64,000 bases of DNA from Takakia lepidozioides (taxonomy: Eukaryota; Plantae; Bryophyta), in the NCBI GenBank assembly GCA_030704615.1, contig CM060732.1:37138001-37202000 (forward strand), given 5' to 3'. Under the pieces are notes generated by a model. That model was given only the letters and a program-made list of their open reading frames with translations. It ran no database searches and was not told where the DNA came from. Below are positions 37,525 through 51,740 of the stretch, piece by piece. Position 1 is the stretch's first letter, and each line of letters starts with the position of its first letter. A program made the position numbers and the translations under genes.

Positions 37525-37830
37525 TGACATATATGCCGAATGTGGGAGCATGAACTATGCATGTCAAGTTTCAACAATATGGCAAAATGAAATATTGTCC
37601 CTTGGAGTTCAGTGATTGCAGGATGTGCTCTGCATGGGTGCAGCAGGGATGTTTTTGAGACCTACGAGCAAATGCAACATGAAGGGGCAGGGTATGCACA
37701 GCAGGGGCGCGGGATGGAGGCTTTGGAGACGTGTGAGCAAATGAAGCCCTCATGGAGTGCAATGATTAACATGGATCTGGTACATAGGCTTTCAAAATGT
37801 ATGAGCAAATGCAACAGGAAGGGGTTTTGC
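37525..37830 (+). pseudogene. PLS PPR fragment, internally deleted
   Basis: YAECGS...WSSVIAGCALHGCSRDVFETYEQMQHEG...YAQQGRGMEALETCEQM. Confidence 0.75.
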
Positions 37831-40384
37831 ACTTTCAACCTATAATAAGATATATAAAGTAGATAATATGTAGCTGGAAAATAGAAAAATTAGAAATATG
37901 GTATAAAATTAGCAATACGTCCCATCCGTTGGATCTCTACAATCCAACGGCTTCCCCGCCCTCGGAAAAAATAACCAAAAAATCAAAAATCAGCTGCTGA
38001 GGGTTCTGTTGAACCTCGACGCACACACCGATGTCTTCACTATTGAGCCCGCCACAATAAATAACCCCAGCCACAAGTTGAGGTGCACATTCAGGTAAAA
38101 TAAATGGTCGATAATAAATAATAGCTAAGTGAAAAATAAGCAAATAGTACATATGGAATTAATAAGAAATCGTGGGTCCTCCCATCCGTTGGATCCTTGG
38201 CATTCACTGCGATCCAACGGCTCTCCGTTTCCCCAAAAACATATAAAAAAGAAGAATAACAATCGGCTGCGGATGGTCACGTCGAACTTCGGCGCACACA
38301 TCGAGGTCTTTGCAATCAAATGACTTTCACCCGACCCAAAACCAAAAGCCCAAAAAAGAAAATAAACGTGTTTGACCTAACCCGTGGTTGAGAGTTAGGT
38401 AAATGACGCTCCGTCACAAAATAAAGATAGGGTTTATGGCGGGTCAAACCTCACCGCCGTTGGATCGCGATAAGCCAGTAGCAGAGATCTTGGCGATCGA
38501 ACGGACGGTGTGCGGCTTAACTCCGCCATGCACCGCATGCCCTCCGTTCGATCGTCAAGATCATTTGACGCGTTGCGGGCTCTCTACGTCCGTCAAATTT
38601 GTGACAGTCCTAATCAACGGTTGGAGCACTTGATCCATGTGGTGTATTCTTAATCATTTGCATTGGCGCATTAACAGCGCCTTGACCACCGCCAGATCTG
38701 CTGGGCGTCCATATCCACGGCGGGAATACTCCATCCTTGTGCTCGTTTACGCACCTCTGTGAGTGTACCACGTACACCACACGTTAGGCAGAGGCACATA
38801 TAATCTGTCATTCTACACTCATGCGTTTATTTTATTTTTTTCTTGCTCTATCCTCCTCAGTCCATCTTGTTTCGTGTACCTTTGCATCTTTTTTGTGTAC
38901 TTTTGCATCAACCAATATTCTCATGAGTATTTGCCTTAAGCTTTAGGGTTTACCAGAGCATCTGTTCATGTACAGACACGAGTTCATCGTAAAGTCACAT
39001 TACGTTCAAGCACATTAGTGTTTGTTTTAGGTTTTAGAGATTTCAAGGTTTGCTTCATTTCTATTATTTTTCACCGTTACATACCTTAGTCTCCCTATAT
39101 TTTTACAGTTATATTTATTTAACTATCATCCATGCCTCATCCACTTGGATGATTTATTCATCCATTTTTTATTCATCCATAGTAACGTCAACATTAGTGT
39201 CAAGGTCTGGCGGATTGTTGTTTAAATTCAAGCTAAAGTCTCGTCACTTGACCTTCACTTTGTCCCACATCACATCAAATACTTGAAAGTACCTACTAGT
39301 GCATCTGAATATAATAACATGTCTTCTTCTTCACTTGGTGTTTTTTTTTTTTAAATAATTTTTTATAAATCTGGTCTTCATTAACATATTTACCTGATTT
39401 ATTGAATGACTCTATATTAGGATATCCAGTAAAGCCTGCTATTTTTTTTCTATCTATCTTTATCCGTCGAGACTAAAGAACGTCAACATTCATATCGACG
39501 TTATATTCTTTATATCATTTCTTATTTTTCTTGGTCCTCATCGACATGACATATTCTAATTCTTTTAATATTTCTTCATCGGTCGGAGTTTTCTTTTTTT
39601 CTATCTCTTAATTAGGATATTCAGCTACAGTCCTTCTATTTTTCCTATTTATCTCTATCAGTAGAGACTAAGGAACGTTGACATTCATTTCGACGTTCTG
39701 TCTTTTCTCGCAATGGATTCATTATCATCTGGTCTCAAAATCTTCCTCTGTCACAAAATGTCGAGGGTTGTAGTTACAACTGACAACTGCCTGACCATGA
39801 CTAGTGAAAGTTAGTGTCATGGCCGTCCATTGACCTCATCAACAATTAGTGTGATAATCATTATATTTGAGAATGGCTATGGGACGATGCATTGCCCATA
39901 TCCTCATATGGATGCAGACACACTAACTGAGGCTCTTGGGACACCTGTCATGTGGGATTTGTTCGACATCTCTTTGGACTATCCTACCTCTAGTCCAGAA
40001 TGTCATTTCTCATCCGAAGATGGAGATGGATCAGAAGAATCCGTGGATGGAGAAAATCCTCAGAGCCCTCTTGGAAGAAACAATTGGAGAAATCGTATGT
40101 GTATCCTCTTAACGGAAGAAGGCGGTGACATCTACGAGGGAAGAATACACGCATGCATTCCGGACGAGGTGGTACTTTGTGACAAACTCGGGGAGGACTA
40201 TGTTTGTTCTCACACTACAATACAAGCTGGGCTTTTCGACTCTGTATTTGACTCATTTTTGAGTCGTTTGCGATAATTTTATTCCCAGCCTCCATAGTCA
40301 AACATGCGTGACAAAGGTCAAGTCGTTTCAGTCAAGCAGTCGAATCCAGATGCCAGGTTCTGACAGTGAAATGTGACGTAAAAC

Positions 40385-40645
40385 CTAGGGGCGACGTGTA
40401 GGCAACACAGTATGACGTGGATGCGACGTGGCTCTGATGTGGCTATGACGTGTAGTAAAGTGGTTTAACTGAATTATAAGGTGGATGCATGACGTGTAGT
40501 GAAGTGGTTCTACAGTCGTATAACATGGATGAATGACGTGTAGTAACGTAGTTTAACTGAAGTATGACGTGTAGTAAAGTGGCTTAACCTCAGTGTGAGG
40601 ACATCAAGTAAAGTGGTTTAACTGAAGTATGATGTGTAGTAAAGT
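40385..40645. repeat. Degenerate tandem repeat TGACGTGTAGTAAAGTGGTTTAACTGAAGTA
   Basis: About 6 imperfect copies. Confidence 0.75.
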
Positions 40646-41399
40646 ACGGGATGACATGTTTGAATTTAAGTGATTGTAATCTACTCAAACTACAAAAATT
40701 ATTATTATTTTGCGTGGAATGCTACTGTATATAGTAAAGTGAAGTACTGTTGAGTAGCATGGTATATATCTTCTACTATACTATGACTGTATGAGTGGAA
40801 CATAATATTGTGTGCCATGATTTTTAGTATACGGTTCGACTGTGAGACAGTGATAGTGAGTTCGCTTGACTGTGTATAATGTAGTATTTTACTGTGAAGC
40901 AGTAAAAGGGGACATATTTTAATAAATATATTTCACTCTGGGGTGTATACATAAAATATTAAAACTATATATTAAATATATTTTGAAATCAAGGAGGATT
41001 TTTGTTTAATATTTGTTTGTTTTTGTTTTTGTGGATTCTGTTATTTTATTTATTTACTTTTTATTTTATATGTATATATATGTGAATTAGTGGGTTTTGT
41101 ATTTAAATTTTTTGATTCGCTGCACTGCATTGAAAATATCTTACAAATACAACAAAACATAGAATACAAATACATGGCAGGAACGCAGAACATTTGGATG
41201 GCTCAAAACTGACTTATATCAAGAGTGTTTTGCAAAACAAGTTTTGGCCACATCGAGCATGAGGGCCCATGTTGCCATATCCATAGATCACTGCCCAAGT
41301 TAAGTCATTGAGTAAGGAAAATTTGCTTTTCAGCTAGGTCCAGCACTATCGTGGACATGTCAAGAGTACATCGGAATCATTTCGTGAATGAATTCTGGA

Positions 41400-44300
41400 A
41401 CTTGTAGTTCCACAGAACGGTGGTGCCTACCATGTCACCCAAAGTGACCTCACTATCAAAAGCCTCGGTGTTGCAAGAAGGTATAAGGTGCGTTGGCTCA
41501 ATAGATTTTCAACTTGAACACTATAGTACCCATCTGGCAACGAGTCCACTTTGCCATAAACCCCAACAATCTTGCCCCAACCAACAACCAGACCTGCTTT
41601 CTTAAAGCTGCGCAAATAGACCTTGTATCCTTCTTAAACTGCATCCCAACACACCAGCAGTTCAATATCGACAGTTCAGACTTCAAATCAAACCAAAGAT
41701 GAAATGAACAGTCTAGTCTCCGCAATACGTACTTGCAATAAACCCACAATGTTCAAAAACTGCAAACATCAAGGAGAGATCAAATTACCGCTACAGGTGG
41801 GGCACTCTTAGCCAAGCAGCACTGGCATGTCCTCGAGTTGCAGGCCGGTTGGTTGTTGGCCGTGCATCACACAGTTCCTTGCATTGTAAGTCAGACCTCT
41901 GCCCCCAAAAAAATACGTACCCATGAGTCAGACAGCATGGAACAAAGCGCAAAAATGCTACCGTTAATATCAATCCCCTTTGTAGCCACCAAGGCTCTCA
42001 GTGCTGCAACCATCCAGCCTAATGTCATCAGTTGTCATCACCTGCCATGAGCTCCAGCAAAGGCAACCAACATACCTTTCCATTGTTTCAAGCCAACATT
42101 AAGAGAGGAATGCGTTGAGGTAATAAATTGATGGATAGGAAGAAATATTACCTCTTGTTCTGAATGGTGTACTTTGCCAGGTGAGGAATATTTGCTCTCC
42201 ATACTGTGGGTGCCCTCTGGAGTGGGGACATCTTCACCACCATCAGACGGCAGCTGCTGGGCTCTGCCCCTATTTTCCTCTTTGCACCCCCCCCCCCCCC
42301 CCCCCCTTACCCTTTCCTCCCTGACAACTCTCCCCTGTGCAAGATGACCTTCCAAAGCAGTTGCAGATGAGGAAAGGTTCAGAGTCTGCCCTGCTTTCAA
42401 CTTCACTAGGACCCCGCCTCTTCTTTTACCTTTTTCCTTAGCTCCTCCCTTCACCCTCTTGTTGTTGTCCATCTCTACGACCTTTTCCTCACATTGTGAA
42501 CTAGAATCTTTGGATTTACTGGGATCATCAGACGCTATATGTGTCCCACCAGGCGTTGCGCGTGCCACTTCACTTTCCCCAGTAAGGGCTTCTCCCGTTT
42601 CCTTGCCTCCTCCCTTCATCCCCTTGCTACTCTCCAGCTGTACAACCTCTACTTCATGTTCTGAACCACACTCCTCGGACTGGAGCGGAATTACTTTTGC
42701 GTTGGGTGGCTCGGCAAGGCCCCAGCAGGTGACCCCCCCCCCCCCCCCCTCTTCTGCATCTTTAAATGCAGATCCTAGTATGTAAAATAACCAGCCTTGC
42801 CACGACCCTATAAATAAACTCTTAACCCCTTGTTTCCATGACTTCCAACCTCCCAGCACTCAAACATCGACGAGAACAAGAACAGCTGCTACTCTGGGTG
42901 ATGCGCCATTCATGATGAAGCCAAAACTAAATCCACACGTTTCCCCCCTTCAGCTACAGCTCGTGTTCAATCACGACAACAATAGGATACCTATTCAGCT
43001 CGTGGTCAGTCATTACAAGCAGCAACAACAAATAAATGTCAAAACGACACAAACAGCTACTACACCTAATGGAAACCCATCTTTAAAGAACCAAAAGAAA
43101 GCGTATGGATTAATTTCCCCTACTTCAGTTCATGGTTAATTGCTGCATAGGTCTGAGCCTTTTCACCAAGCGTATAGCAAGGTCCACAAAATCATTGACC
43201 TAATGTGGAGATGCTACAAGTTAGTGACTGACAAAATACCCAAAAGCATGTACTAGACATTAGGGGCAGGTTGCAGCAGTTACACCCCAATGAACATCAT
43301 CACCAGATACCTCAAACAGCTGCTAGCTCCGTGTTTAATTACCATATCTCCAGCACCAACATTCCAAATGGTACCCTCCTCCCCACAGTCTTCAATCACA
43401 TCATCTCCATCCAGCCTCCTTCATCTCCACTCTCTCTCCTCCATATTCCCCAAGCCACTATCAGGAAAAAATAAAAGGTGCTCCAAGCATGAAGCCCCAA
43501 ACCTGAGTTATAAGTTAGATAGTCTTACCCTTGCACTTCGAGTCTCCGAGTATCCTTTGGGAGTTGTCAACGCTGCAGTTAAGGCATGAATGGATGGGCT
43601 TCCTTCGCTTTCTTTCCCCTGTGTACAGCCACAACAAGACCCATTAGGTGACCGCAGACATTGAAGTGGCAAAATTACAAATTGCGTCAACCCATGCAAT
43701 ATACATATAAGTCATCTTACCAATTTGGCTGTTGTCCCTGCAATTCCAGCCCGTCCAACGTGGCTTCCCTTTTTTATTGCAGCACGAGATGCAGCCCTGT
43801 CTTCGGCCTCCTCCTGCCCCTCTTTCAATGACCACCATCCCACCAAGCTCTTCCACGCGTGTGGAGGACAATCATCGGGCCTGGGATTGTGTGCAGTCCA
43901 CTCTCTCTTCCAGCGAGATCTCTCACTCTTCATGAAATTCATTATGTAAGTACGAACTGCGTTTGCCTTCATAGGAAATGGTGCATACTGGAACTCAATT
44001 TGCATCTCATTGACAATGAAATTTATCTTATCCTCATTCTGGTGTTTAATTCCCCTGGCCCCAAAGTCAAGACAGCGTATCACGTGGCCTTTTATCTTTG
44101 TTTGCCATTTCGACTTCCCCTTCGCAATGTCACCTATCTTAGTAGTAGTAATTGTGTAGACAAGCTGACCTTCTGAGGCACTACGCTTCCACTACTCCTG
44201 CAAGTCCTTATCGTCTTTCCTTGCTTCCCGTCGAAGCTCTGCCCTCCGCGCCTTTGTTGCTGCCCCCTCCACCGCTGGCTGTACATCCTTTGCTGCTGCT

Positions 44301-46060
44301 TCGTCCTTGACGACAGCACCTACAGGTCCAGCACCCCATCCTCCCACAAGCCCCCAATTTGGGTGGGCAGCTTGCCCCATTGCACCACCATGTTGGCTCT
44401 GTTGTTGTTGGTAAGGAAACAGCAACACATGAGGCTGGTTGTTGCTCCCAAAGTTGTGAAAGCCAGGCTGGTTTCCAAACTGCACCGGAGCACCCTGGAA
44501 AGGGGGTTGCTGTGAGGGTGGCAAGTTCGAGTATGGGTTCAAGTAACCCGGCATGGGGGGGGAGGGGGGGCTGGTTGAAATTACCTGTCTGTGGGCTTTG
44601 GGGACTCTGTATGTACTGAGGCTGTTGGTTGTAATTGCCTCCTGATGCAGGCTGCTGGAAGGATGATGATGATACAGGGTACATCTGCCCGATAGTCCCA
44701 TACAACCAGCCTTGGCCACTAGGAGAGATTGGGGCTGCAGGGATGGTCGGGGTCTTTGAACTAGAGCCCTTTTGTCGTTTTGCACGATCCTACAAGATCA
44801 CAAAGTCTGTGTTAGTAAAACTTATGTAACTCAAAAGTATTAAGGGCATTGTTATCATTCACTTCCTACATGCATATCGAACACTTGAAGGACTCGTAAC
44901 TGTGGAGGTTAAAGGCTGACCCAAAACTCCTTGAAGTCTGTGGGCGTGAAATGTCCATATGTCACAGGCTGAGACTTCTGTCGAACTTGGGGTTTCAGTG
45001 TCGCAATCTGCAACTCTAATCTTCCTTTCCTGCATTTCTCATCCTGAAGTAACATACATTTTGGCAATCACTACAAGACATAACCCTCGTCCCTCTCGTC
45101 CAGGACAACACTGACCAGGTAACCAAGAATTTGGGCATGAAACAAATGAATGCAAATGATAAGGACACAAGAAATAGAGTGGGAGAGAGAGCAAAAACTA
45201 GCATCGGTTTTATCGTGGCATCTTGGTGGAAAACGCATTCACCCGTTTCGGGGATGGGGGTTCTGCCTCTGCGCTTGATTCCTCTGAGTCGTCGGCCTTA
45301 TCTGCTTGGAACAATCTATCTGCCTCACTATCGAAACTCTTCTCCGAATCGTCAGACTCCACCACAGGACGTCGGTCGTTGCCTCCCATGGCACTCTCTT
45401 GCATCCGAGCACTCCGCCTCTGAAGAGCTGGGTCACGCGGCGGCCCAGCAGGGAGTTGGAGAAGGCCCAGCTTCTGCCTCACTCTACACAACACCTTCCG
45501 CAACGTCAGTCCCACACAACCTGCACGCTCCTCCTTAGAAAACAAGGTGCCTGCAGCCTTTGGCCCTTCGCTACAAGGTGGGGGAATGTTTAAAAAAAAA
45601 CTAGGGCAACGCTGCTCCCCTCCACTAATACTTTGCCACATGTTAGTTTTATCCTAGTCATAGTGAAACTTTCAACTACAATTTTACTGTAGATTCTACT
45701 TCGTACTTGCAGCTGAAGAGGCCCTGGCGACGCCCCATGAACGAAGACTCTTAAAAAACACAAAAGCAAGAGGAGAAAGCATAAAGATTTGACCTTCTTA
45801 TGTTGAAGAAGAAGACTATATGCATAAAGGAAGGCGAAGCGAAAGAATGTAATAAGGGTTTAAGGTGAAAGAGATACTCCCGATCTGTGTCCTCGATAAG
45901 ACCGAGCTCCTTCATGCGCTCTGCGTTTCGGATAAGATTCCGCTTCCGCATGCGTTCATACTTAGTCAGGCCCTCCTCCTCCTGCGCGAGTGACGGACCA
46001 CCTTCCCCAACTGCATTGGAGTGTTTGTCCATTCTGCTACTGCTAATGAACTTTGTTGTG
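41400..46060 (-). pseudogene. Degenerate intron-containing DNA-transposon accessory gene (En/Spm TnpA/Ptta-like segments)
   Basis: YERMRKRNLIRNAERMKELGL; AWKSLVGWWSLKEGQEEAEDRAASR...HVGRAGIA; TLGDMVGTTVLW near 41420. Confidence 0.5.
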
Positions 46061-47970
46061 GTGGAGGGAGGCTTCATGTCAGTCAACGATAATGGCGGGG
46101 CGGATTGCCTAAGAAACCAGGTGAAGTGCTTGTTGCAAGCAGCGACCAAGCTCTCCAATAACATCCGTCGTAAAGAGAAAAACACGAATGGGCGGGAAAG
46201 ACGTAGGGCCAATACACATAGGCATTTCAGGACCTGGCAACCTATGAAGGTGGACGAGTCAGGTAGGTTTTCGTGGGTCTTAGTGGAGGTTTCCCGAAGT
46301 TTCCAAAGCAGGTAGCATTACTCCCTCCTTGTCTTCCTCATGTTCTGCCCTCACAATTGATTGAGCTGGGACATTTGTTTCCAATTGGAGTGTCACATTA
46401 CTACAGAGTTTGCCGATTTGGGCAGCGGTTCATAAGAAAAATACAGAGGTATGAAGGTTATGATAAAAGCATCATAGTGGCTCAGCTCCATTTAGCTTGA
46501 AGACAAGTTCAAATGTATCTCCATTATCTGTAGGTGTGCAAAATTTTGCCTTCTTGTGTGTGGCTTTATGAGAGCAGTTGTTTTGTTGTCTTACAAGTGT
46601 GGTATTGTATTGTTGATGGTGGGCTCATACAGTCAAGTGGTGTTGCCTTGTATTGTGTTGTTGATGGTGGGCTCATATACTCAAGTGGGTGTGCCTGGGA
46701 TGCCATGGGCGACAAGAACGATGATTGCTACATAGTCAATGCTGCTATCTATGTGGGTTACTCGTTTTTGGCATCGTCGTAGTGACAATTGCATGGTGAG
46801 TTTTGTCTTCCCAGAGGCTGCCCAACCTTTCTTCTTCTTCCTGTTTATCTCTTCTCTATCACCCTTGGTCTCTTCATTGTGAACAGTAGCTACAGTGGTG
46901 GCTGAGTATTTATGTTACTGCAACGATTTGGATTAAACTCAACCACTTAACAGTGGTTTTCTGGATTAAGAATTTGTGGTATCAGGCAAGGGCTTGATGG
47001 GTTTGTTTTTTCAAATATGGCAGAATGTTGATAAGGACCTGACAACACCTTAAGGAAAATTCAGACAGACCTGCTTACTGGTATTTGTTTTCCGTTGCTT
47101 GCTTCTATGGCAGTGTATTCATAAGGCTATGGAGTAATAATCTTTTACCTGGTTCAAGCTATTGAAATTCCAAACAGATATTTCTTTGACCTGGTATAAG
47201 GTTCGTAATTGGTAAGCTTGTTTCTTCAAACATAGTAGAGACGTGTTGATAGGGATCTGGGACAACATTTTACCGCATGGTTTTGCCTGTTGGAAAATCA
47301 AATAGCTCTGTTTTTGTTTTGTTTCATCTAAAGTGGTTGTAAGCAGGTTCTGGAACAATACTTCCAGACCCACATTATGCTCCATGGAATGAGAATCATG
47401 TCTGAATGTGTGGTGATGAAATCTCTTTACAGCAAAACAAGGTTATTTCATGATGAATGCCTTACTTTTCCCACCCTCCCACCCAAACATTTCAGGTACC
47501 CTGAAATCTACAACGAAGAATCAAATCAGGTGTTGTGAAGGGAAGAAGATGTTAAATAGAACCTTTGTAAGGTTGCTTTGTCTTTTAATGACAATGACTT
47601 TGCAAAGTCTTGTCTTGACATGACAATGAGTAGGTTATTGTCTTTGGTCCATGACGTTGATTTAGCAGTTGGGGATGGAGAGAGGGGTGCTCTCGAGAAT
47701 CATGCATACTTGATGCTGCTCATATTGCAGTAAATCCATTGAGGTTGTTATATGCTGGCCCAGCCAAAAGTTTATACCCAGTGCATCTGTTCGTTTGTGA
47801 GGGGAGGGGGGCTTCGGAATCTCTACATCCCATTAGGATTGGTCATGGAATTACCAAGCACTGTATGCATGCAAGCGGATCTAGTCATAATGTTGAAAGT
47901 GCTGCTTGAGAAAGGGAGCTTGAAGTTACTTTCCAGCTGCTTACGAGGCACTTTAGCCGGATCTAAATGA

Positions 47971-48320
47971 ATGGAATATTCAAGACAGTGGAAGCAAGAA
48001 AGTGTTGGTTAGTACATGGTATCTTTAAAAGTTTTTCATATGCATATTCTAGGCAGCTGAGAGAGAGTAATTGATGGGGGCAGGGGTGGAATATTCAAGA
48101 CAATGGAAGCAAGAAAGTGCTGGTTAGTACATGGTATCTTTAAAAGTTTTTCATATGCATATTCTAGGCAGCTGAGAGAGAGCAATTGATGGGGGCAAGG
48201 GTGGAATATTCAAGATAGTGGAAGCAAGAAAGTGCTGGTTTGTACATGGTATCTTTAAAAGTTTTTCATATGCATATTCTACTAGGCAGCTGAGAGAGAG
48301 CAATTGATGGGGGCAGGGGT
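47971..48320. repeat. 3 x 115-bp tandem repeat
   Basis: ggaatattcaaga at 47973, 48088 and 48203. Confidence 0.92.
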
Positions 48321-48475
48321 GAAGCCCGAGCACATCACGTTTGTGTGCGTTTGCAGCCCTGGAATAAGGCAAAGAGGTGCATGGTTGCATCACCAAAGAT
48401 GGAATTGTACCAGATGTGATAATGAACAATACCCTCGTGGACATGTATGCCAAATGTGGGAGTGTTAATGGCTCA
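48316..48475 (+). pseudogene. PLS PPR fragment
   Basis: GVKPEHITFVC...ALE*GKEVHGCITKDGIVPDVIMNNTLVDMYAKCGSV. Confidence 0.85.
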
Positions 48476-48536
48476 ACGAGATTTGGAGTTGTGGAATGCC
48501 ATGCTTGCAGCAGCATTTTCATTATCATTCGTTCCT

Positions 48537-48866
48537 ACATTCATCCAATAGTTGGCAGCAAGGCGTTTGATTTATCCTTCATTCATACGTTAATCCAGTG
48601 CACAAAAATTATATTTCGTACGTTCATCCAATAGCTGTCAGCAAGGCGTTTGTTTATCATTCGTTCAGATAGTTCAGTTGTTTTGTTTCACTAACCTTTC
48701 ATACGTTCATCCAATAGTTGTCAGTAAGGCGTTTGTTTATCATTCATTCACATAATTCAGTTGTCTTGTTTCACTAACCTTTCATACATTCATCCAATAG
48801 CTGCCAGCAAGGCGTTTTTTTTATCATTTGTTCAGATAATTTAGTTGTTTTGTTTCACTAACCTTA
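48537..48866. repeat. 4 x 83-bp tandem repeat
   Basis: tcatccaatag at 48541, 48624, 48707 and 48790. Confidence 0.9.
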
Positions 48867-49319
48867 ACCAGCACACGATTAGTTTACTATTAATGAGCTG
48901 GGTCAGTTAAAACGTAGTTAAGTTGTTTTACTTCTTATTATCCACATATATATTGCTATATAATTTATATATTGTGATTACACGTGCCATTACTTAACTA
49001 GTTGTCTTAGTCAGCTCATTTTAGGTAGTCAAAGTTTCTCACTATAGTCAAAATTTTCGCGGTTGTCTAGCACCTCGAATATTTTAATATAAATTTTGAC
49101 TGAAAAATGGTTGGAAGAGTCGAAAGTGACAACAGTCAACGCCAACGTCAAACAAAATCGTCGAAATTATATAGGGTGTGTTGTAGTGTCATTACCAGGG
49201 TGCTAGTGGGAGGATGTGGATCTCTCATGTCCATTGTCAAGTGGCCTTTGATTAGAACAAAATTCTTGCAAAATGGAAGGTTACTTTCGGAAGATTTATA
49301 AAATTTCTACAACTCCGAG

Positions 49320-49942
49320 ATGGCTAGTGAGCTGGAGGATAGTGAGTGTGGTATAAGGAAGGCTCCTTACAGACATTTTCGTAGATCCAAAAGAGCTGTT
49401 GCTTTGGATGAGTCTAGGAAATAAAAAAGGTTATTCTCGAAAAAGTCTGTGAAAGAGGTCAGTAGCAAACCATGGTGTCACCTTCAATGCTATCAATTCT
49501 TTGACTGGAAGAAGACACTTGCTCTTCGCACCACATTTTGGGGATCTATCTTCAACAATAGACGAGGCTGGGATTTGACATTCCACGGAGACTACACAGA
49601 CTCGAGGTCGAGAGGTCAACTCGTCGAGCATACATTACTATTGAGGGAGTGCATATTTGCGAGAAGGCGTGGTGGACAATTCATGGAATTGGCAGGTCAA
49701 CTTATATGGAGTACAAAAGACTCAGCAAAGAAGGAGTTATCTCTTCTTTGCATGGAAATTGTGGAATTAAGGGGCCCCGCCCAGAGACTGTTCAGGCTGA
49801 GGGGAACATATTGTCTATCATTAACGGGAACAGTGATTTCATGCCATATAAGACGAGATGTATTGATGAGGGACGCCGAGATACACTCCGTGTACTACCT
49901 CCAGAGATTAATTGGAAACGAGTTCGAGATGAGTCCAACGAG
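49320..49942 (+). pseudogene. N-terminal exon of a Sola-like transposase
   Basis: ICEKAWWTIHGIGRSTY...HGN...DFMP, ending at a GTGAG donor; pattern recalled for GHTHEDID-type transposases. Confidence 0.55.
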
Positions 49943-51740
49943 GTGAGTATTCTTTCTCATAATGAGGAACTTACCATCAACCCCCTGCCATGTATGAAAA
50001 ATGGGTTGTTCTTGAAAATTGCAAAGAGAGTACAAACTTGAAGAACACTATGGAGTAGTTTTCTTCAATGTTCTCAACTTGGAGGGAAGACTAAAAATGC
50101 AATGTCTAACACCAAATAGTATGGGATTTGGAAAGGTGTTGTGAGTAAAGTACCTAAGATACAATTGTCTGCCAGTTTTTTTTTGGGGGGCAACACTCAT
50201 TTGTTCTGTAAAGATTTATGACTGATTTAAAAAGTACGTGTTCCCAACAAAATGCATGCTTCCTCTGATGCCACATGCCTTTCGGCCCAGCCCAGCCATA
50301 GCTGGTTCTCGCTTCTTGGCCTATGAAGCTCGGAAAGTGGTCTTGGAAGTAGCCCTCTGTGTGCTTGTTGAATTCTCTTTTGTACCTGTTTGTGCAGTAA
50401 AGAGCTTTCACTCTGTTGTGGTGCTATTTTTGTCTTACCTCTGCAAAGCTCTGTTAGTTTTTCGGATTTTCTTTACTAGTTGTTTTCTATCCTCTCGATA
50501 GAGGAGCTTTTGCTTTTATGTTGTCTTCACCTTCTCAGAGGGCTCTGTGGAGGTCAAGTTCTGGTGCCACCAGAGCTAACCAAATTTTCGTGAACACGCG
50601 GGTCGCTGGAAGTCCATGTTCAAAAATCCATTTTCGAGCCGCTACCATTGGGTAGTGATCCCGACGCTTTTAAGGCCCACATAACACTCGACGATGGTGC
50701 TAAGGTCACCTGCAGGAGCTTCATGTTAAGTGTCCCAGGATCCGTCAGTTCTTTGCATGCTCCGGATGCAGCGGTCTTTGGGTCATCCCTGACGCCCAGA
50801 AAATGCATAGCCAGAATCCACTCGGCTTCCATTGTACAGTTTCCATCGACCTGGCCGCCCAATAGCCCTTTGGATTCTGCTTACCTCCACCCAACTGCAT
50901 TGTTGATGACCTGATCAAGCTGTGTTCCATCCATTGACGATCAATTTATGAACTCGGATTGCTGCCGTGCCCCCACTCTCCTCGACTCACTTACAGAAAG
51001 CACACCAGCGTACAATCTTCAAGAAGAAATGGAAAGTTCAATCTGCAATAAGCTCATTAAATTGTACTTGTTATTTCAGATGAAAAGGAAATTTTTGTGT
51101 GAAGCTGGTCGACGTGAAAGTTGGCAGACTGAAAAACTTATCCCTTGAGAATGAAGTGTGGATGCTTGGAGGCAGCCTCCTATGGTGCCCTCCCTCGCCT
51201 GCAAGCACATCACCTAGTCACCTTCACCTTTATGAGGGCACAGAGGGCGGGGTGGAGGGAGGCCGTATTACATAACTTTAATGCGTACAGAGGGTACAGT
51301 CATCAATCCACCACCTAAGAAATACTGGGAGAAATAATGGTGCTACCTTGTCCGGTCACCGGTGTGGTATTATCTTCTCCCCCTGCCCTTGAGCAGTGTA
51401 ATGGCGAGGTAACTTTGAAGGTTTTTTTCCTCTCTCTATACAATTAAGGGGCTCATGTTATTGCAGGTACTTCGCTCCCGGCCCTCTTCAAAAATTAGAA
51501 GTTTCAATATCAGTGCTGCGCATGTACGTACTCCAAAATGGGTATGTAGCATATGTACTATGTGCCATGTGGTTCGCAGAGGAGTCTGACACCGTTCCCT
51601 TCCGAGCTGAAGCAGCACACGATTGAGGACCCCGGGCACTTCTATTACTTGGTGTCTGGCACGGTCCTCACACGGGCCGCGCGGCCGGGCGCCGGGTGGT
51701 GTCCACGGAATGTGCGCAGTCTGAGGACTTGAAAGTTGGG

